Assembly (NCBI GenBank): GCA_020724845.1
Contig: DYGE01000004.1
Coordinates: 29,751 to 93,750 of the forward strand
From: Candidatus Paceibacter sp.
GTDB taxonomy: Bacteria > Patescibacteriota > Minisyncoccia > UBA6257 > 02-FULL-45-10c
Direction: 5' to 3'
Length of the DNA stretch: 64,000 nucleotides
In this document: positions 1 to 9,990 of the stretch, one piece after another
Layout of the letters: each line of letters opens with the position of its first letter
How positions within the stretch are numbered: position 1 is the first letter of the stretch
Notes under the pieces: generated by a model
Databases searched by the model: none
What the model was told of the DNA's origin: nothing
The model's input: only the letters and a program-made list of their open reading frames with translations
Program-made: the position numbers and the translations under genes

Positions 1-74
1 GCCTGCCCGGCCAGGGAGCCACACGCGCGTACATACCAACTTTGCTACTTGCCACCGAGCCGCAAGAAAAGATA

Positions 75-269
75 TTACTCTATAATAGCCTCGGCTTTTT
101 CCAAGTTAAATCGCAGAGGGCTGGGCTGCTCTATGGAGTTAGCGCTAAAAGCCTCATCCAAATTAGTTAACAAAAACCTAATAGATGCGAATGTATAGGC
201 GATGACTATGAGTAACATTAAAATACCAATTGTTAAAAAAGTCAATTCCCTTTTCCTTTTTGTATCCAT
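75..269 (-). CDS. small hypothetical bitopic membrane protein (possibly pilus-assembly associated)
   Basis: 64-aa ORF with one hydrophobic TM segment, immediately downstream of the PilO-like gene. Confidence 0.3.
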   Translation of the reverse strand: MDTKRKRELTFLTIGILMLLIVIAYTFASIRFLLTNLDEAFSANSIEQPSPLRFNLEKAEAIIE

Positions 270-286
270 AGCGCAGAATAAGATAA

Positions 287-802
287 TTATCGCGAAAAAA
301 CCCGACCTTTCATCGTTATGGCGAACTCTCCATTCCTTGATGTTAGATCTATCAGGCTAAAACCTACAAAGTACCGGCTATCTTCCACCTCATTCAAAAA
401 ACGGACGAAATTCGCGTAAGTCCCTTGGCTGGTAATAGTAAAATTATTGATTCCCGGCGTCGTTTCTGTAGAAGCAGATTCCGACTCAAAAGAAAAGCCA
501 AACTCCAGCCCGTTATCGGTAGCAATTTCTTCCAAGGCGTTGGAAAAATTGATCAGCTGGTCCCTCGCCGGAAGAGAGTTCTCCAAGGAGATGGATAACT
601 CCTCTGCTCTCCCGACGTCAGAACGGAGCGCTGCTAAAGAGTCAAAAGCATGCAGGCGCAGCAGCAAGTCCTGCCGCTGACTCTTAATAAGCGCGACGCG
701 ATCGCTTACATCCATCCCAAGAAAAATTAAAAAGGCTATCATCAATATCAAAACTGCCGCGGACCAGCTTATATTTCTAACAAGCGCTTTTTTGAAATCC
801 AT
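287..802 (-). CDS. type IV pilus assembly PilO-like protein
   Basis: N-terminal TM helix, then a coiled-coil region, then a C-terminal region resembling PilO (…GLEFGFSFE…, ends …ITMKGRVF), by memory comparison to PilO. Confidence 0.45.
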   Translation of the reverse strand: MDFKKALVRNISWSAAVLILMIAFLIFLGMDVSDRVALIKSQRQDLLLRLHAFDSLAALRSDVGRAEELSISLENSLPARDQLINFSNALEEIATDNGLEFGFSFESESASTETTPGINNFTITSQGTYANFVRFLNEVEDSRYFVGFSLIDLTSRNGEFAITMKGRVFSR

Positions 803-850
803 ACCTTAATTATACAATAAGGCTAGCAGTCGCACACCACCATCCTTGAC

Positions 851-1927
851 TTGCCAAGTAATTCCGCTACCATATTATATCAATATACATATATGCTCAA
901 CTATTCCGGCAATGCCGCTAAGTATTATAACGCGCTCAATGTCGCGTACAAAGGAAGTTACTCTAAGCTTGGTAGATCTTGGGAGAAATTTAATGATTGG
1001 GAAACAGCCTGGAAAAATGATAAATCCGGCATCGACCCGGAGGAACAATGGCAGAAACTCTTGGATTTAGGCGTTGACCTTATTCTTCAAGCGGATCCCC
1101 GTTTCCCTCCACTTCTCAAGGAGATACCCTTGCCGCCGTTCGGCATTTATGTCCTCGGAGACATTAAGTACCAGGACCCAGCCATTGCTATCGTCGGAAC
1201 AAGGGCTGCCACCCCAGCCGGAAAAGAATTGGCCAGAACTTTCGCCGCCGAACTAAGCTCTGCTGGCATGCCCATTATTAGCGGCCTGGCCATGGGCATA
1301 GACGAAGCCGCCCATGGGGGAGCTGTGGAAAATGGCGGTAAAACCATCGCGGTTCTCGGAACGCCTTTAAACTACATTTACCCGAGGCAAAACCAGCAAC
1401 TAGCAGAAGAGATTCTTAGTAAAAATGGGGCTATTATTTCGGAGTTTCCGCTTAATCAAGAATACGGTCCGCAAAATTTCCTGATCAGAAATAGGATTAT
1501 AAGCGGCTTGTCCCGAGGAACGCTCATTATTGAAGCGCCGGAAAAATCCGGATCGTTGGCCACCGCGCGATTCACCATAGAACAAAACAGAGAGGCCTTC
1601 GTAATCCCGGGGCCGATCAATTCTCCCAATTACAAGGGGTCGAATCTTCTTATCAAGGAAGGAGCTAATCTAGTAACCTCTCCAAAGGACATAATTGACT
1701 TCTTTGGCCTGAACCCAGGAAGCCAAAGACAGCTGCCGCTAGAAGACGCGGGCAGCGGTCCCGTAGGCGAAATCATTAACTTTATAAAAAATAATCCCGA
1801 ACTTACCGCGGATAAAATTCAGGGCAGACTTGGCCTGAACATTTCTGAAATAAACACCCTACTCGCAACCCTGACTATAAAAGGTATAATAAAAGAAATT
1901 AACGGCAAGTATTCAATAGCTAGGTAA
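851..1927 (+). CDS. dprA: DNA processing protein DprA (Smf)
   Basis: Rossmann-like DprA core (GIYVLGD…IVGTRAATPAG…SGLAMGID…VLGTPL…); winged-helix-like C-terminus. Confidence 0.85.
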   Translation: MPSNSATILYQYTYMLNYSGNAAKYYNALNVAYKGSYSKLGRSWEKFNDWETAWKNDKSGIDPEEQWQKLLDLGVDLILQADPRFPPLLKEIPLPPFGIYVLGDIKYQDPAIAIVGTRAATPAGKELARTFAAELSSAGMPIISGLAMGIDEAAHGGAVENGGKTIAVLGTPLNYIYPRQNQQLAEEILSKNGAIISEFPLNQEYGPQNFLIRNRIISGLSRGTLIIEAPEKSGSLATARFTIEQNREAFVIPGPINSPNYKGSNLLIKEGANLVTSPKDIIDFFGLNPGSQRQLPLEDAGSGPVGEIINFIKNNPELTADKIQGRLGLNISEINTLLATLTIKGIIKEINGKYSIAR

Positions 1928-1929
1928 AT

Positions 1930-3987
1930 ATGAAACTAATCATCGTGGAATCGCCTACTAAGGCGAAGACAATTTCAAAATTCGTAGACAAAGGATTTAA
2001 AATAGAATCCTCTTACGGGCATATCCGCGATCTGCCAAAAAGCAAACTTGGCATAGACGTAGAAAATCAGTTTGAGCCCCAATACATCATACCGATGAAA
2101 TCCAAGAAGCTGGTTAACAGCTTAAAGAAGCTAAGCGACAAATCAGAGAAAGTTATCTTAGCTACCGACGAAGACCGAGAAGGAGAAGCTATCGCCTGGC
2201 ATCTTGCCCACGCCTTAAAAATATCGCCGGAAAAAACCGAAAGAATCGCGTTTCATGAGATTACCAAAGGCGCCATCCAGGAAGCGCTTCAAAACCCGAG
2301 GGAGCTAAAAATAGATCTAGTCAACGCCCAACAAGGCCGAAGAGTTCTGGATAGGTTGGTGGGCTACAAGCTCTCTCCTTTCTTGTGGAAAAAAATAGCC
2401 AGAGGCCTATCCGCCGGCCGAGTGCAATCTGTGGCCGTGCGCCTGATTGTAGAGAGGGAAGAAGAAATCAAAAAGTTCAAACCGGAAGAGTATTGGACGC
2501 TTTCACTGATATTCCAAAGACAAGACGGCAGTTTCTTTGAGGCCAACCTCTCCAAAATCAACGGCAAATCTATTGATAAGATGGAGCTGAAAGACAAAGC
2601 CTCGGTGGACAAGATACTCTCTGATTTAGAAAAAGGAAAGTTTGTGATATCTCATGTGGAGAAACGGGAGGCTCGAAAGAACCCCCCAACTCCATTCACC
2701 ACCAGCACCCTGCAACAGACCGCTTCAAAACGATTAGGGTTCTCCGCCAAAAAAACCATGTTAATGGCCCAGCGCCTTTATGAGAAGGGATTGATCACTT
2801 ATATGCGAACTGATTCCGTCAACCTTTCCAAAGAAGCCTTGGCCGCCGCCAAAACCTGGCTAAACAAAGAGCTTGGACCTGAATATTCCAGCGAGGCCCC
2901 AAGAGTATTTACGAAAAAATCCAGATTAGCCCAGGAGGCCCATGAGGCCATCCGCCCGACAGATATAAGTAAATCTCCAAGTCTGAAAAATATCATTGAG
3001 GGTTCGGCCGAAAAGAAATTGTACGATTTGATCTGGTCACGCTTCGTCGGATCGCAAATGCCAAGGGCGATCTTTGACGCCACCCAAATAGACATTGAAA
3101 GCGAAAGCGGAAATTATACTTTCCGCACCAGCGGCAGCATATTAAAATTCGACGGATTTTTAAAGGTTTGGGAGCAAAAATTTCTGGAGAAAGACTTGCC
3201 GAACGTTTCCGAAGGCGAAAATCTAACCGTGAAAGAAAAGCTTCCAAGCCAGCACTTTACGGAGCCGCCGCCGCGCTATAACGAAGCGAGTCTTATTAAA
3301 GCCCTGGAAGAATACGGGATTGGACGGCCGTCTACCTACGCGCCGATCATATCAGTCATCCAGGATCGCCATTACGTTGAAAAACAAAACGGGAGATTTA
3401 TGCCAACAGAAATGGGAAATCTGGTAAATAAGGTGCTGGTGGAAAATTTTCCGGAAATAGTAAACATCGGTTTTACTGCCGAACTAGAGGCCAAGCTGGA
3501 TGACATAGCCGAGGGAAATCAAGAATGGCAAAAGGTAATAAAGGATTTTTATGTTCCGTTCTCTAAAAATTTAGAGGAGAAGTACGAAGAGGTCTCCAAA
3601 GAGGACATTGTCAAGGATGAGGGCATGGAAGAGGTTAAGTGTGAAAAATGCGGCAAGCCAATGGTGGTTAAATTCAGCCGATTTGGAAAATTCCTAGCCT
3701 GTTCCGGATTTCCGGATTGCCGGAACACGAAACAATTAAAAGAAGGCCCCAAGAAGATAGGGATGAAATGCCCAAAATGCAATGAGGGCGAAATAGTGGA
3801 GAGGCGAGTTTCCCGGGGGAGGGTGAAGGGCAAAATATTCTGGGGCTGTGAAAGATATCCAAAATGCGACTATGCAAGCTGGACTAATCCGTTAAATCCT
3901 CCGGAAAATACTGAAAAAGAGAAAGCAACCGAAGAAAAAGGCGAGGACTCGAGTCAACCGGCTGGCGGGGAAAATCAAGAATCTTAA
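1930..3987 (+). CDS. topA: DNA topoisomerase I
   Basis: Toprim start MKLIIVESPTKAKTI…GHIRDLP; C-terminal C4 zinc ribbons (CEKCGKPM…CSGFPDC, CPKCNEG…CERYPKC). Confidence 0.95.
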   Translation: MKLIIVESPTKAKTISKFVDKGFKIESSYGHIRDLPKSKLGIDVENQFEPQYIIPMKSKKLVNSLKKLSDKSEKVILATDEDREGEAIAWHLAHALKISPEKTERIAFHEITKGAIQEALQNPRELKIDLVNAQQGRRVLDRLVGYKLSPFLWKKIARGLSAGRVQSVAVRLIVEREEEIKKFKPEEYWTLSLIFQRQDGSFFEANLSKINGKSIDKMELKDKASVDKILSDLEKGKFVISHVEKREARKNPPTPFTTSTLQQTASKRLGFSAKKTMLMAQRLYEKGLITYMRTDSVNLSKEALAAAKTWLNKELGPEYSSEAPRVFTKKSRLAQEAHEAIRPTDISKSPSLKNIIEGSAEKKLYDLIWSRFVGSQMPRAIFDATQIDIESESGNYTFRTSGSILKFDGFLKVWEQKFLEKDLPNVSEGENLTVKEKLPSQHFTEPPPRYNEASLIKALEEYGIGRPSTYAPIISVIQDRHYVEKQNGRFMPTEMGNLVNKVLVENFPEIVNIGFTAELEAKLDDIAEGNQEWQKVIKDFYVPFSKNLEEKYEEVSKEDIVKDEGMEEVKCEKCGKPMVVKFSRFGKFLACSGFPDCRNTKQLKEGPKKIGMKCPKCNEGEIVERRVSRGRVKGKIFWGCERYPKCDYASWTNPLNPPENTEKEKATEEKGEDSSQPAGGENQES

Positions 3988-3989
3988 TC

Positions 3990-5681
3990 ATGAAGACTCC
4001 CTTTATCGATAAGTTAGTGAAAGAAAACGAATTTATCAGAAGGGCTTATAACGTTGCTAAAAAAGCCCACGAAAACCAAAAAAGAAAGAGCGGCGAGCCT
4101 TATTTTAACCACGTCTTAGCAGCTGGAGAGTTTATTGCCGAATGGGGCTTAGATCAGACCAGCATAGCCGCCGCCCTATTGCATGATGTAGTGGAAGACA
4201 CCGGTTACCCGCTTGAAAAAATAGAGGCGGAATTTGGAAAGGAAGTAGCATTCATTGTAGACGGAGTAACTAAATTAGGAAAAATAAAATATCGCGGCAT
4301 TGAAAGGCAGGTGGAAAACCTGCGAAAAATGATCCTGGCCTTAAGCCAAGATATCCGGGTAATCATCGTGAAGCTCGCCGACCGGCTTCATAATATGCGG
4401 ACCCTTAGCGCCGTACCGCCGCAAAAACAAAAAAGGATAGCTTTGGAAACTATGGAAATTTATTCTCCGCTGGCTTACCGGCTGGGAATGCAAAGAATAA
4501 GCGGGGAACTGGAAGACCTCGCCTTTCCCTATATCTACCCGAAAGAATACCGCTGGCTGATCGATAATACTAAAGAGAAATATGAGGAAAGGGAGAAATA
4601 TATCAATAAAGTTAAACCGATAGTAATATCCGCCCTGGAAAAAGCCGGAATAGAAGTGCTGGCAGTAGACTCAAGAGCTAAGAGATATTCCAGTTTATAC
4701 AAGAAGCTTCTCCGCTACGATATGAATATAGAGAAAATCTATGATCTGGTGGCTTTAAGAATTATCGTAAAGAATGTTGAGGATTGCTACGCGGCTCTTG
4801 GAGTGATCCATAACCTCTGGCCCCCCCTCCCGAACCGAATTAAAGATTACATAGCTCTGCCGAAACCTAACGGCTACAGGAGCATCCACACTACCGTATT
4901 CTGTTTAGATGACAAAATTACCGAGATCCAGATAAGAACCCAAGAAATGCACGAGGAATCCGAAACCGGAATCGCCGCGCACTGGCTATATGAACAAACT
5001 AAAGGCTCTAAATCTTATAACGAGAAAAGGTCTGTTTCTGCCGACAAAAAAGAATTAGGATGGGTCCAACAATTGAGAAATTGGCAAAAAGAGCTCAGTA
5101 ATCCGGAAGAGTTTCTGGAGTCGCTCAAAATAGATTTTTTTCGAGATCGGATTTTCGCCATCACGCCCAAAGGAGAAGTTATTGATCTACCTTCCGGAGC
5201 AACGCCTATAGACTTTGCTTATCAGATCCACACCGAGATCGGAGATAGCTGTACCGGAGCCAGAGTTAATGGCAAAATCGTTCCGCTGGATTACGCATTA
5301 CGGTCCGGAGACATAGTAGAAATCATAAACCAAAAAAATAAGAAGCCATCTGAATCATGGCTGGGTTTTGTAAAAACTTCCACAGCCAGAGGCCGGATAC
5401 GATCGGCGCTAAAAAGTAAAGAAATACGCCTGACTAAAAAAGAGCCGACCGAAGTAGAGCTTAAGATTACAGTTGAAGACCGAGTCGGACTTTTAAAAGA
5501 TATAACCTTGATCATCTCGCGATCGCACGTCAACATCACTTCAGTAAATACGATCACTAACGCTAAATTCCCGATACTAAAAATACGCTCAGACGTGACT
5601 AACAAAAACAAAATCGAAAAGCTTATTTTAAAGCTAAAAAAACTTAAAGAAGTAAAGGAAATCAGCTATCAACTGACCTAA
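3990..5681 (+). CDS. rel: bifunctional (p)ppGpp synthetase/hydrolase Rel (RelA/SpoT family)
   Basis: HD hydrolase motif HDVVEDT, RelA/SpoT synthetase region, TGS and ACT-like C-terminus; start 3 nt after topA stop. Confidence 0.9.
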   Translation: MKTPFIDKLVKENEFIRRAYNVAKKAHENQKRKSGEPYFNHVLAAGEFIAEWGLDQTSIAAALLHDVVEDTGYPLEKIEAEFGKEVAFIVDGVTKLGKIKYRGIERQVENLRKMILALSQDIRVIIVKLADRLHNMRTLSAVPPQKQKRIALETMEIYSPLAYRLGMQRISGELEDLAFPYIYPKEYRWLIDNTKEKYEEREKYINKVKPIVISALEKAGIEVLAVDSRAKRYSSLYKKLLRYDMNIEKIYDLVALRIIVKNVEDCYAALGVIHNLWPPLPNRIKDYIALPKPNGYRSIHTTVFCLDDKITEIQIRTQEMHEESETGIAAHWLYEQTKGSKSYNEKRSVSADKKELGWVQQLRNWQKELSNPEEFLESLKIDFFRDRIFAITPKGEVIDLPSGATPIDFAYQIHTEIGDSCTGARVNGKIVPLDYALRSGDIVEIINQKNKKPSESWLGFVKTSTARGRIRSALKSKEIRLTKKEPTEVELKITVEDRVGLLKDITLIISRSHVNITSVNTITNAKFPILKIRSDVTNKNKIEKLILKLKKLKEVKEISYQLT

Positions 5682-5696
5682 GAGAGGGGATGCGAA

Positions 5697-6599
5697 CTAC
5701 ACCGAAAACTCTTGATTCTGATCGGGCGCCTCGGCAATTCCGGAGTCAGCTTCCGACAAGCGCTCATTAGTGAGTTTTTGAATTATCAGCCTCAATTCCT
5801 CCGGAGAATAAAAATTTATGGTCAGCTTTCCTCCGCCGCCTTCTTTTTGCAGCCTAACCTTAGTTCCTAGGACTTCCCGCAACTGTTCTTCCAAATGTTC
5901 GGTTTCCGGATCAGGGACGCTGACTGCGGCAGCGGCAGCATTTTCTTTCTTGGCCCTAATACGATTGCGAAGCTCCCGGACGCTTAAGTTATTTCTTATC
6001 AAATCCTCAAAGATCGCCTGCTGTTCCTGAATATCGGTAATCATCAAGAGAAGCCTAGCTTGGCTTTCGTTAATCTGAAGCTGAGCAACGGAGTCTTGGA
6101 TTTGCGATGGCAAATTTAGCAGCCGAACAGCGTTGGCAACCACTTCCCGGCTTTTGCCGACTCGCACGGCAACCTCTCTCTGGGTAAGACCAAATTGGTC
6201 TTGAAGCTTGGCATAAGCTCTCGCCGTTTCTATCGGATTTAAATTCTCTCTCTGGATATTTTCTATGATCGCCAGCTCCAACCTCTCTCGATCAGTGGGC
6301 ACTGCTTTAACTATGGCCGGCACCCTTTCCAAACCAGCCAATTTCGCGGCCTTCAGACGGCGCTCCCCGGAGATGAGATGATATTCTACGCTCGTTCCAA
6401 GATCAGTGGAGACTTCATGCTTGGTAACAACCAGAGGGTGCAGAATGCCAAATTCTCGTATGGAGCCCGCTAGCTCCTGAAGAGCCTCTTCATCAAAATT
6501 CCGCCTCGGCTGGAAGGGATTCGGCTTTATCTTTTCGGTCTCAATATGGAAAATCGGGTCAGGAACCCTGGGCTGCTGCGGCAATGGATTAGTTTGCAT
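5697..6599 (-). CDS. parB: chromosome partitioning protein ParB/Spo0J
   Basis: ParB box GERRLKAAKLAGLERVPAIV and HTH region. Confidence 0.9.
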   Translation of the reverse strand: MQTNPLPQQPRVPDPIFHIETEKIKPNPFQPRRNFDEEALQELAGSIREFGILHPLVVTKHEVSTDLGTSVEYHLISGERRLKAAKLAGLERVPAIVKAVPTDRERLELAIIENIQRENLNPIETARAYAKLQDQFGLTQREVAVRVGKSREVVANAVRLLNLPSQIQDSVAQLQINESQARLLLMITDIQEQQAIFEDLIRNNLSVRELRNRIRAKKENAAAAAVSVPDPETEHLEEQLREVLGTKVRLQKEGGGGKLTINFYSPEELRLIIQKLTNERLSEADSGIAEAPDQNQEFSV

Positions 6600-6631
6600 A
6601 AATATAAAATAAAGAAAACTTGTATCTAATA

Positions 6632-6660
6632 GCCACTTAAATTATAATATAGGTACGCAA
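6632..6660 (+). promoter_or_regulatory. sigma70-like promoter upstream of tRNA-Leu
   Basis: TTGTAT, 17-nt spacer, TATAAT; about 37 nt upstream of tRNA-Leu. Confidence 0.4.
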
Positions 6661-6696
6661 AAATTTGAACATGGGGTTCGAATCCCGACTTCCTAG

Positions 6697-6778
6697 GGGC
6701 GAGTGGCGGAACTGGCAGACGCATACGACTCAAAATCGTACGGAGAAATCCATGAGAGTTCGAGTCTCTCCTCGCCCA
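6697..6778 (+). tRNA. tRNA-Leu (anticodon CAA)
   Basis: Manual cloverleaf: acceptor GGGCGAG/CTCGCCC, anticodon loop CTCAAAA, long variable arm, T-loop TTCGAGT; no encoded CCA. Confidence 0.85.
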
Positions 6779-6805
6779 CAATTCTAATATAAAAACCCCC
6801 TAAAA

Positions 6806-8374
6806 TCAGGGAGTTTTTCCTTTTAAAATGATTTTTTGCAGCTCGTCTAAGCTGGGACTATCAGTAGAAAACGGATTTCCATCCTCGCCGAAATAGACAT
6901 TTATACTTCTGCCTCTGTGTCCTAAAACAGCATGGTCCCACTCTAGAAGCTCGAGCTTCTCTAAAAACCGTTTGTTCTTGCGAAGCAGCCTAATAAACCT
7001 GCCTCTGCTTTTAGCTCGTGTCCCCGGAGAAGTTGTAATAGCCCTTTTAATGTCCTCTTGGCTAACCAAGCGCCTAATAGTTCCCCTCTCTTCCAGCGCT
7101 GCATATAAGCTAATTCTGGGGTCGGCGCTGATGTTGTGGTAATCCCAGTCAATTCTCCAAGCCCGGTTATCTTCTAATCCGAATCCAAACTTTTTCATTC
7201 CCTTCTCCAAAAGATGCCGTTTGGTAACCCAATCCAGTTCGCCTACCAGCTTATCAAGCGCCTTGGCCTCCAGCAGCTCCAAAACCCTCTCCCATTCTTC
7301 CAGGCACCTCTTTTCTTCCGGAGACAAAGGGCGGAGCTGCTTGGCGGCATTAAGAAAGATGCGGTTGTAGCGAATAATGTTGGCCCGGGAAGTTCTGGTC
7401 CTCAAGCGATAATTCAAGTCAATGCCAAAGTTTAATTTGTGCAATTCTTTGACTGGATCTTCCAGTCTTAACGGAGCCGGCAAATTCCATCCTTCCTCTC
7501 CCAGCCGCAAAACAAGATGCGTTATAGTATCTACCAGCCAAGTCTGCAGCTCGCAACGAGTAGCGTCCCGAGACATCAAATGCAAGCGCCCAAGTGTTAA
7601 AGAGCTGTCGGCGCGATCTTCATTTTTGTAATCAATCAGAGGCCGCAGATTATCTCCGTCGGACATCTCTTTCACTAGAACATGCGGAGCCCGCTGGGAA
7701 AAATTAAAGACAAAACCGCCGTTTCTTTTTCTCGCCACATGCCCATTTCCGCTAAGAATCAAGGCTGCTGGAATAAAATTCCATAAAATATCGGAAATGC
7801 TCCTCTCCTTTGCAAGTAGATAGGAGTAATTATGGTGACATCCATAGGTAACTTCCCGCCTTAAATCAAGAACAGAATTCTGGGTATTCGTGAAGATATC
7901 CTCATCTTCGTCATCGCCGCGCCCTGGTCCCACGCTATTCTTATAAAGCTCGAATCTCCTCAATCCCCAAATCTTGGAAACTTGCTTAAGCGCTAAATTT
8001 AAAATTTGCTCCAAGGCCTTTTCCTGGGCAACGATATCAAGCGAACCAGCCAAACATTCCGCGGTATTGCTTTCTATTAACCTCCCTATATCAATGTAAA
8101 TCTTTGATCCATTGCCAAGCCACACCATCTCGGGCTTATCTTTGTTATTCAAGATCACAGAAGGAAATCGCTTGGAAATGGCGACAATAAGGCTTGAATA
8201 GATATCTCGATGCCATTCCCCAAACTGATCTCTATAATCCAGGTCAGGCACCGGGTCTATGAAAACCCCGAACTCCTGCTCCCTGCCGCACAAACGTTTC
8301 TGCACTTTTACCTCTTCAGCTATAAAAGAACATTGTAATAGTATAACAAAATACCCCGCTTTTATGCGAGGCAT
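6806..8374 (-). CDS. divergent PafA/Dop-family carboxylate-amine ligase paralog (Pup ligase-like)
   Basis: N-terminal CGREQEFG variant of the GIETEFG motif; LYKNN…GCHHNYS and LSQRA…RPLIDYKNED blocks align to Mtb PafA from memory; tandem with a close paralog. Confidence 0.7.
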   Translation of the reverse strand: MPRIKAGYFVILLQCSFIAEEVKVQKRLCGREQEFGVFIDPVPDLDYRDQFGEWHRDIYSSLIVAISKRFPSVILNNKDKPEMVWLGNGSKIYIDIGRLIESNTAECLAGSLDIVAQEKALEQILNLALKQVSKIWGLRRFELYKNSVGPGRGDDEDEDIFTNTQNSVLDLRREVTYGCHHNYSYLLAKERSISDILWNFIPAALILSGNGHVARKRNGGFVFNFSQRAPHVLVKEMSDGDNLRPLIDYKNEDRADSSLTLGRLHLMSRDATRCELQTWLVDTITHLVLRLGEEGWNLPAPLRLEDPVKELHKLNFGIDLNYRLRTRTSRANIIRYNRIFLNAAKQLRPLSPEEKRCLEEWERVLELLEAKALDKLVGELDWVTKRHLLEKGMKKFGFGLEDNRAWRIDWDYHNISADPRISLYAALEERGTIRRLVSQEDIKRAITTSPGTRAKSRGRFIRLLRKNKRFLEKLELLEWDHAVLGHRGRSINVYFGEDGNPFSTDSPSLDELQKIILKGKTP

Positions 8375-8379
8375 TATAT

Positions 8380-9906
8380 TTATAAACTTGAGATTCCCAA
8401 TTTTTTATACAATTCTTCTAGATCAGGATTTTCGGTTGAAAACGGATTGCCGCCTCCTCCGAATGGGATCACTAATGGCTTATCTGATTTTTCTAAGAGT
8501 TCTTTTCTAAGAATTACCTTTTGCCAGTCCATATCCGCCTTAGGAAAGGCGCTTCTTAATTTTTCTTCCTGCCGAAAGAGTTTCACGAACCTCCCTCGGC
8601 TCATGGCCCGGCTTTGAGGAGGCGTCAGAATGGTCTTCCTGATGTCCTCCTCGCTTACCAGGCGCCTGATAACGTCTTTCTGCTCCAGGGCGGCATAGAG
8701 GCTAATTCGAGGATCTGAGCTAATGTTGTGATAATCCCAATCCATCCTCCAGGCGCGTTTGTCTTCTAGCCCAAATCCAAATTTTTTCATCGCCTTTTCC
8801 AAAAGATGCCATTTGGTAACCCAATCCAGTTCGCCAACCAATTTCTCCAACGCGCCAGCCTCCAGCAGACTTAAGATTCTCTCCCACTCTTCCAAACACT
8901 TCTTCTCTCTGACGGAAAGCGGATTTAGCTGCTTCGCGGCATCAAGAAAGATGCGGTTATATCGGATTATGTTTAGACGGAAGCTCCCGGTATAGTCTCC
9001 GCAAAGGATCGAGTAATCAAGACCGGCCGCAAAAGAAAAGTTGACATTTCTCATTTCGCCGACCGGGTCCTGTATACTATAATTAGACGGTAGTTCCCAT
9101 CCCTCCTCCGCAAGGCGGAGGACCAGGTGAGTAACGCCATCCATCAACCAAGTCTGCAGCTCGCAACGGGTAGCGTCTCTGGAAATCAGATGCAGCCGAC
9201 TTAGTGATTCAAACCCGTCCATCAACGCCTCGTCTCTTGTATTAACTATCGGCCGATTGTTTGTGGAACTGTTATTCTCCCTGGCGACAATGTGATTAGC
9301 TCGCTGCGAAAGAAGGTAGAAAAAATTGCCGCCATACTTAAAAACATGCCCATTGCCGCTTAAAACCAAGCCGGCCGGAACAAAGCTCTCAAGAATCCGG
9401 AAGACCATACTTTGCTTGGAAGCCAAATAAGAATAATTATGGTGGCTGCCAAACGTGACTTCGTTAAAAAGATCCTTCGGACTAGCCGGCCCCACGTTAT
9501 TTTTATATAGATTCAAAGAATCTATTTTCCTAGACTCTACGGCAAGCAACAAGGCCTGGTTCAGCATCAACTCTGACGCCTTCTCTTGAAGAACTCCTTC
9601 TATAGAACATGGGCGAGACTCGGCATTAGCCGCTTCTAACAAGCTTTGGTCCTTATAAAATACGGCCCCATTCGCAGTCCAAAGACGCCCGTTTACGGAC
9701 CTAATGGCCGGAAAGTTATAGCTCAAGCACCGAAGAATTTCATCAATAATCCTGCCCCTCCAAATAGCATGATCGGCGGCTATCATCTGGTCCGGCGATT
9801 CCCCGGTTATGATTTGAGGTGAATAAATCTTTGGAGGCCGCCAACCAGGCTTAACTACCATGGCGAACTCCTGCTCCCTGCCGCAAAGCCGTTCTTGCAT
9901 TTCCAT
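8380..9906 (-). CDS. divergent PafA/Dop-family carboxylate-amine ligase paralog (Pup ligase-like)
   Basis: MQERLCGREQEFAM…, NGAVFYKD…, LYKNN…GSHHNYSYL, LSQRANH, RPIVNTRDE blocks; high similarity to the 6806..8374 product. Confidence 0.7.
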   Translation of the reverse strand: MEMQERLCGREQEFAMVVKPGWRPPKIYSPQIITGESPDQMIAADHAIWRGRIIDEILRCLSYNFPAIRSVNGRLWTANGAVFYKDQSLLEAANAESRPCSIEGVLQEKASELMLNQALLLAVESRKIDSLNLYKNNVGPASPKDLFNEVTFGSHHNYSYLASKQSMVFRILESFVPAGLVLSGNGHVFKYGGNFFYLLSQRANHIVARENNSSTNNRPIVNTRDEALMDGFESLSRLHLISRDATRCELQTWLMDGVTHLVLRLAEEGWELPSNYSIQDPVGEMRNVNFSFAAGLDYSILCGDYTGSFRLNIIRYNRIFLDAAKQLNPLSVREKKCLEEWERILSLLEAGALEKLVGELDWVTKWHLLEKAMKKFGFGLEDKRAWRMDWDYHNISSDPRISLYAALEQKDVIRRLVSEEDIRKTILTPPQSRAMSRGRFVKLFRQEEKLRSAFPKADMDWQKVILRKELLEKSDKPLVIPFGGGGNPFSTENPDLEELYKKLGISSL

Positions 9907-9960
9907 TATTCAAATGACAAACAAGCTAGTATCTACTATATGGTTATTCTTGGCAATTGG

Positions 9961-9990
9961 CAAATACAAAACCGCCTGAATGGCGGTTAT
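9961..9990 (-). terminator. intrinsic terminator / attenuator immediately after pup
   Basis: On the minus strand, hairpin AACCGCC-ATTCA-GGCGGTT followed by TTTTGTATTT. Confidence 0.5.
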
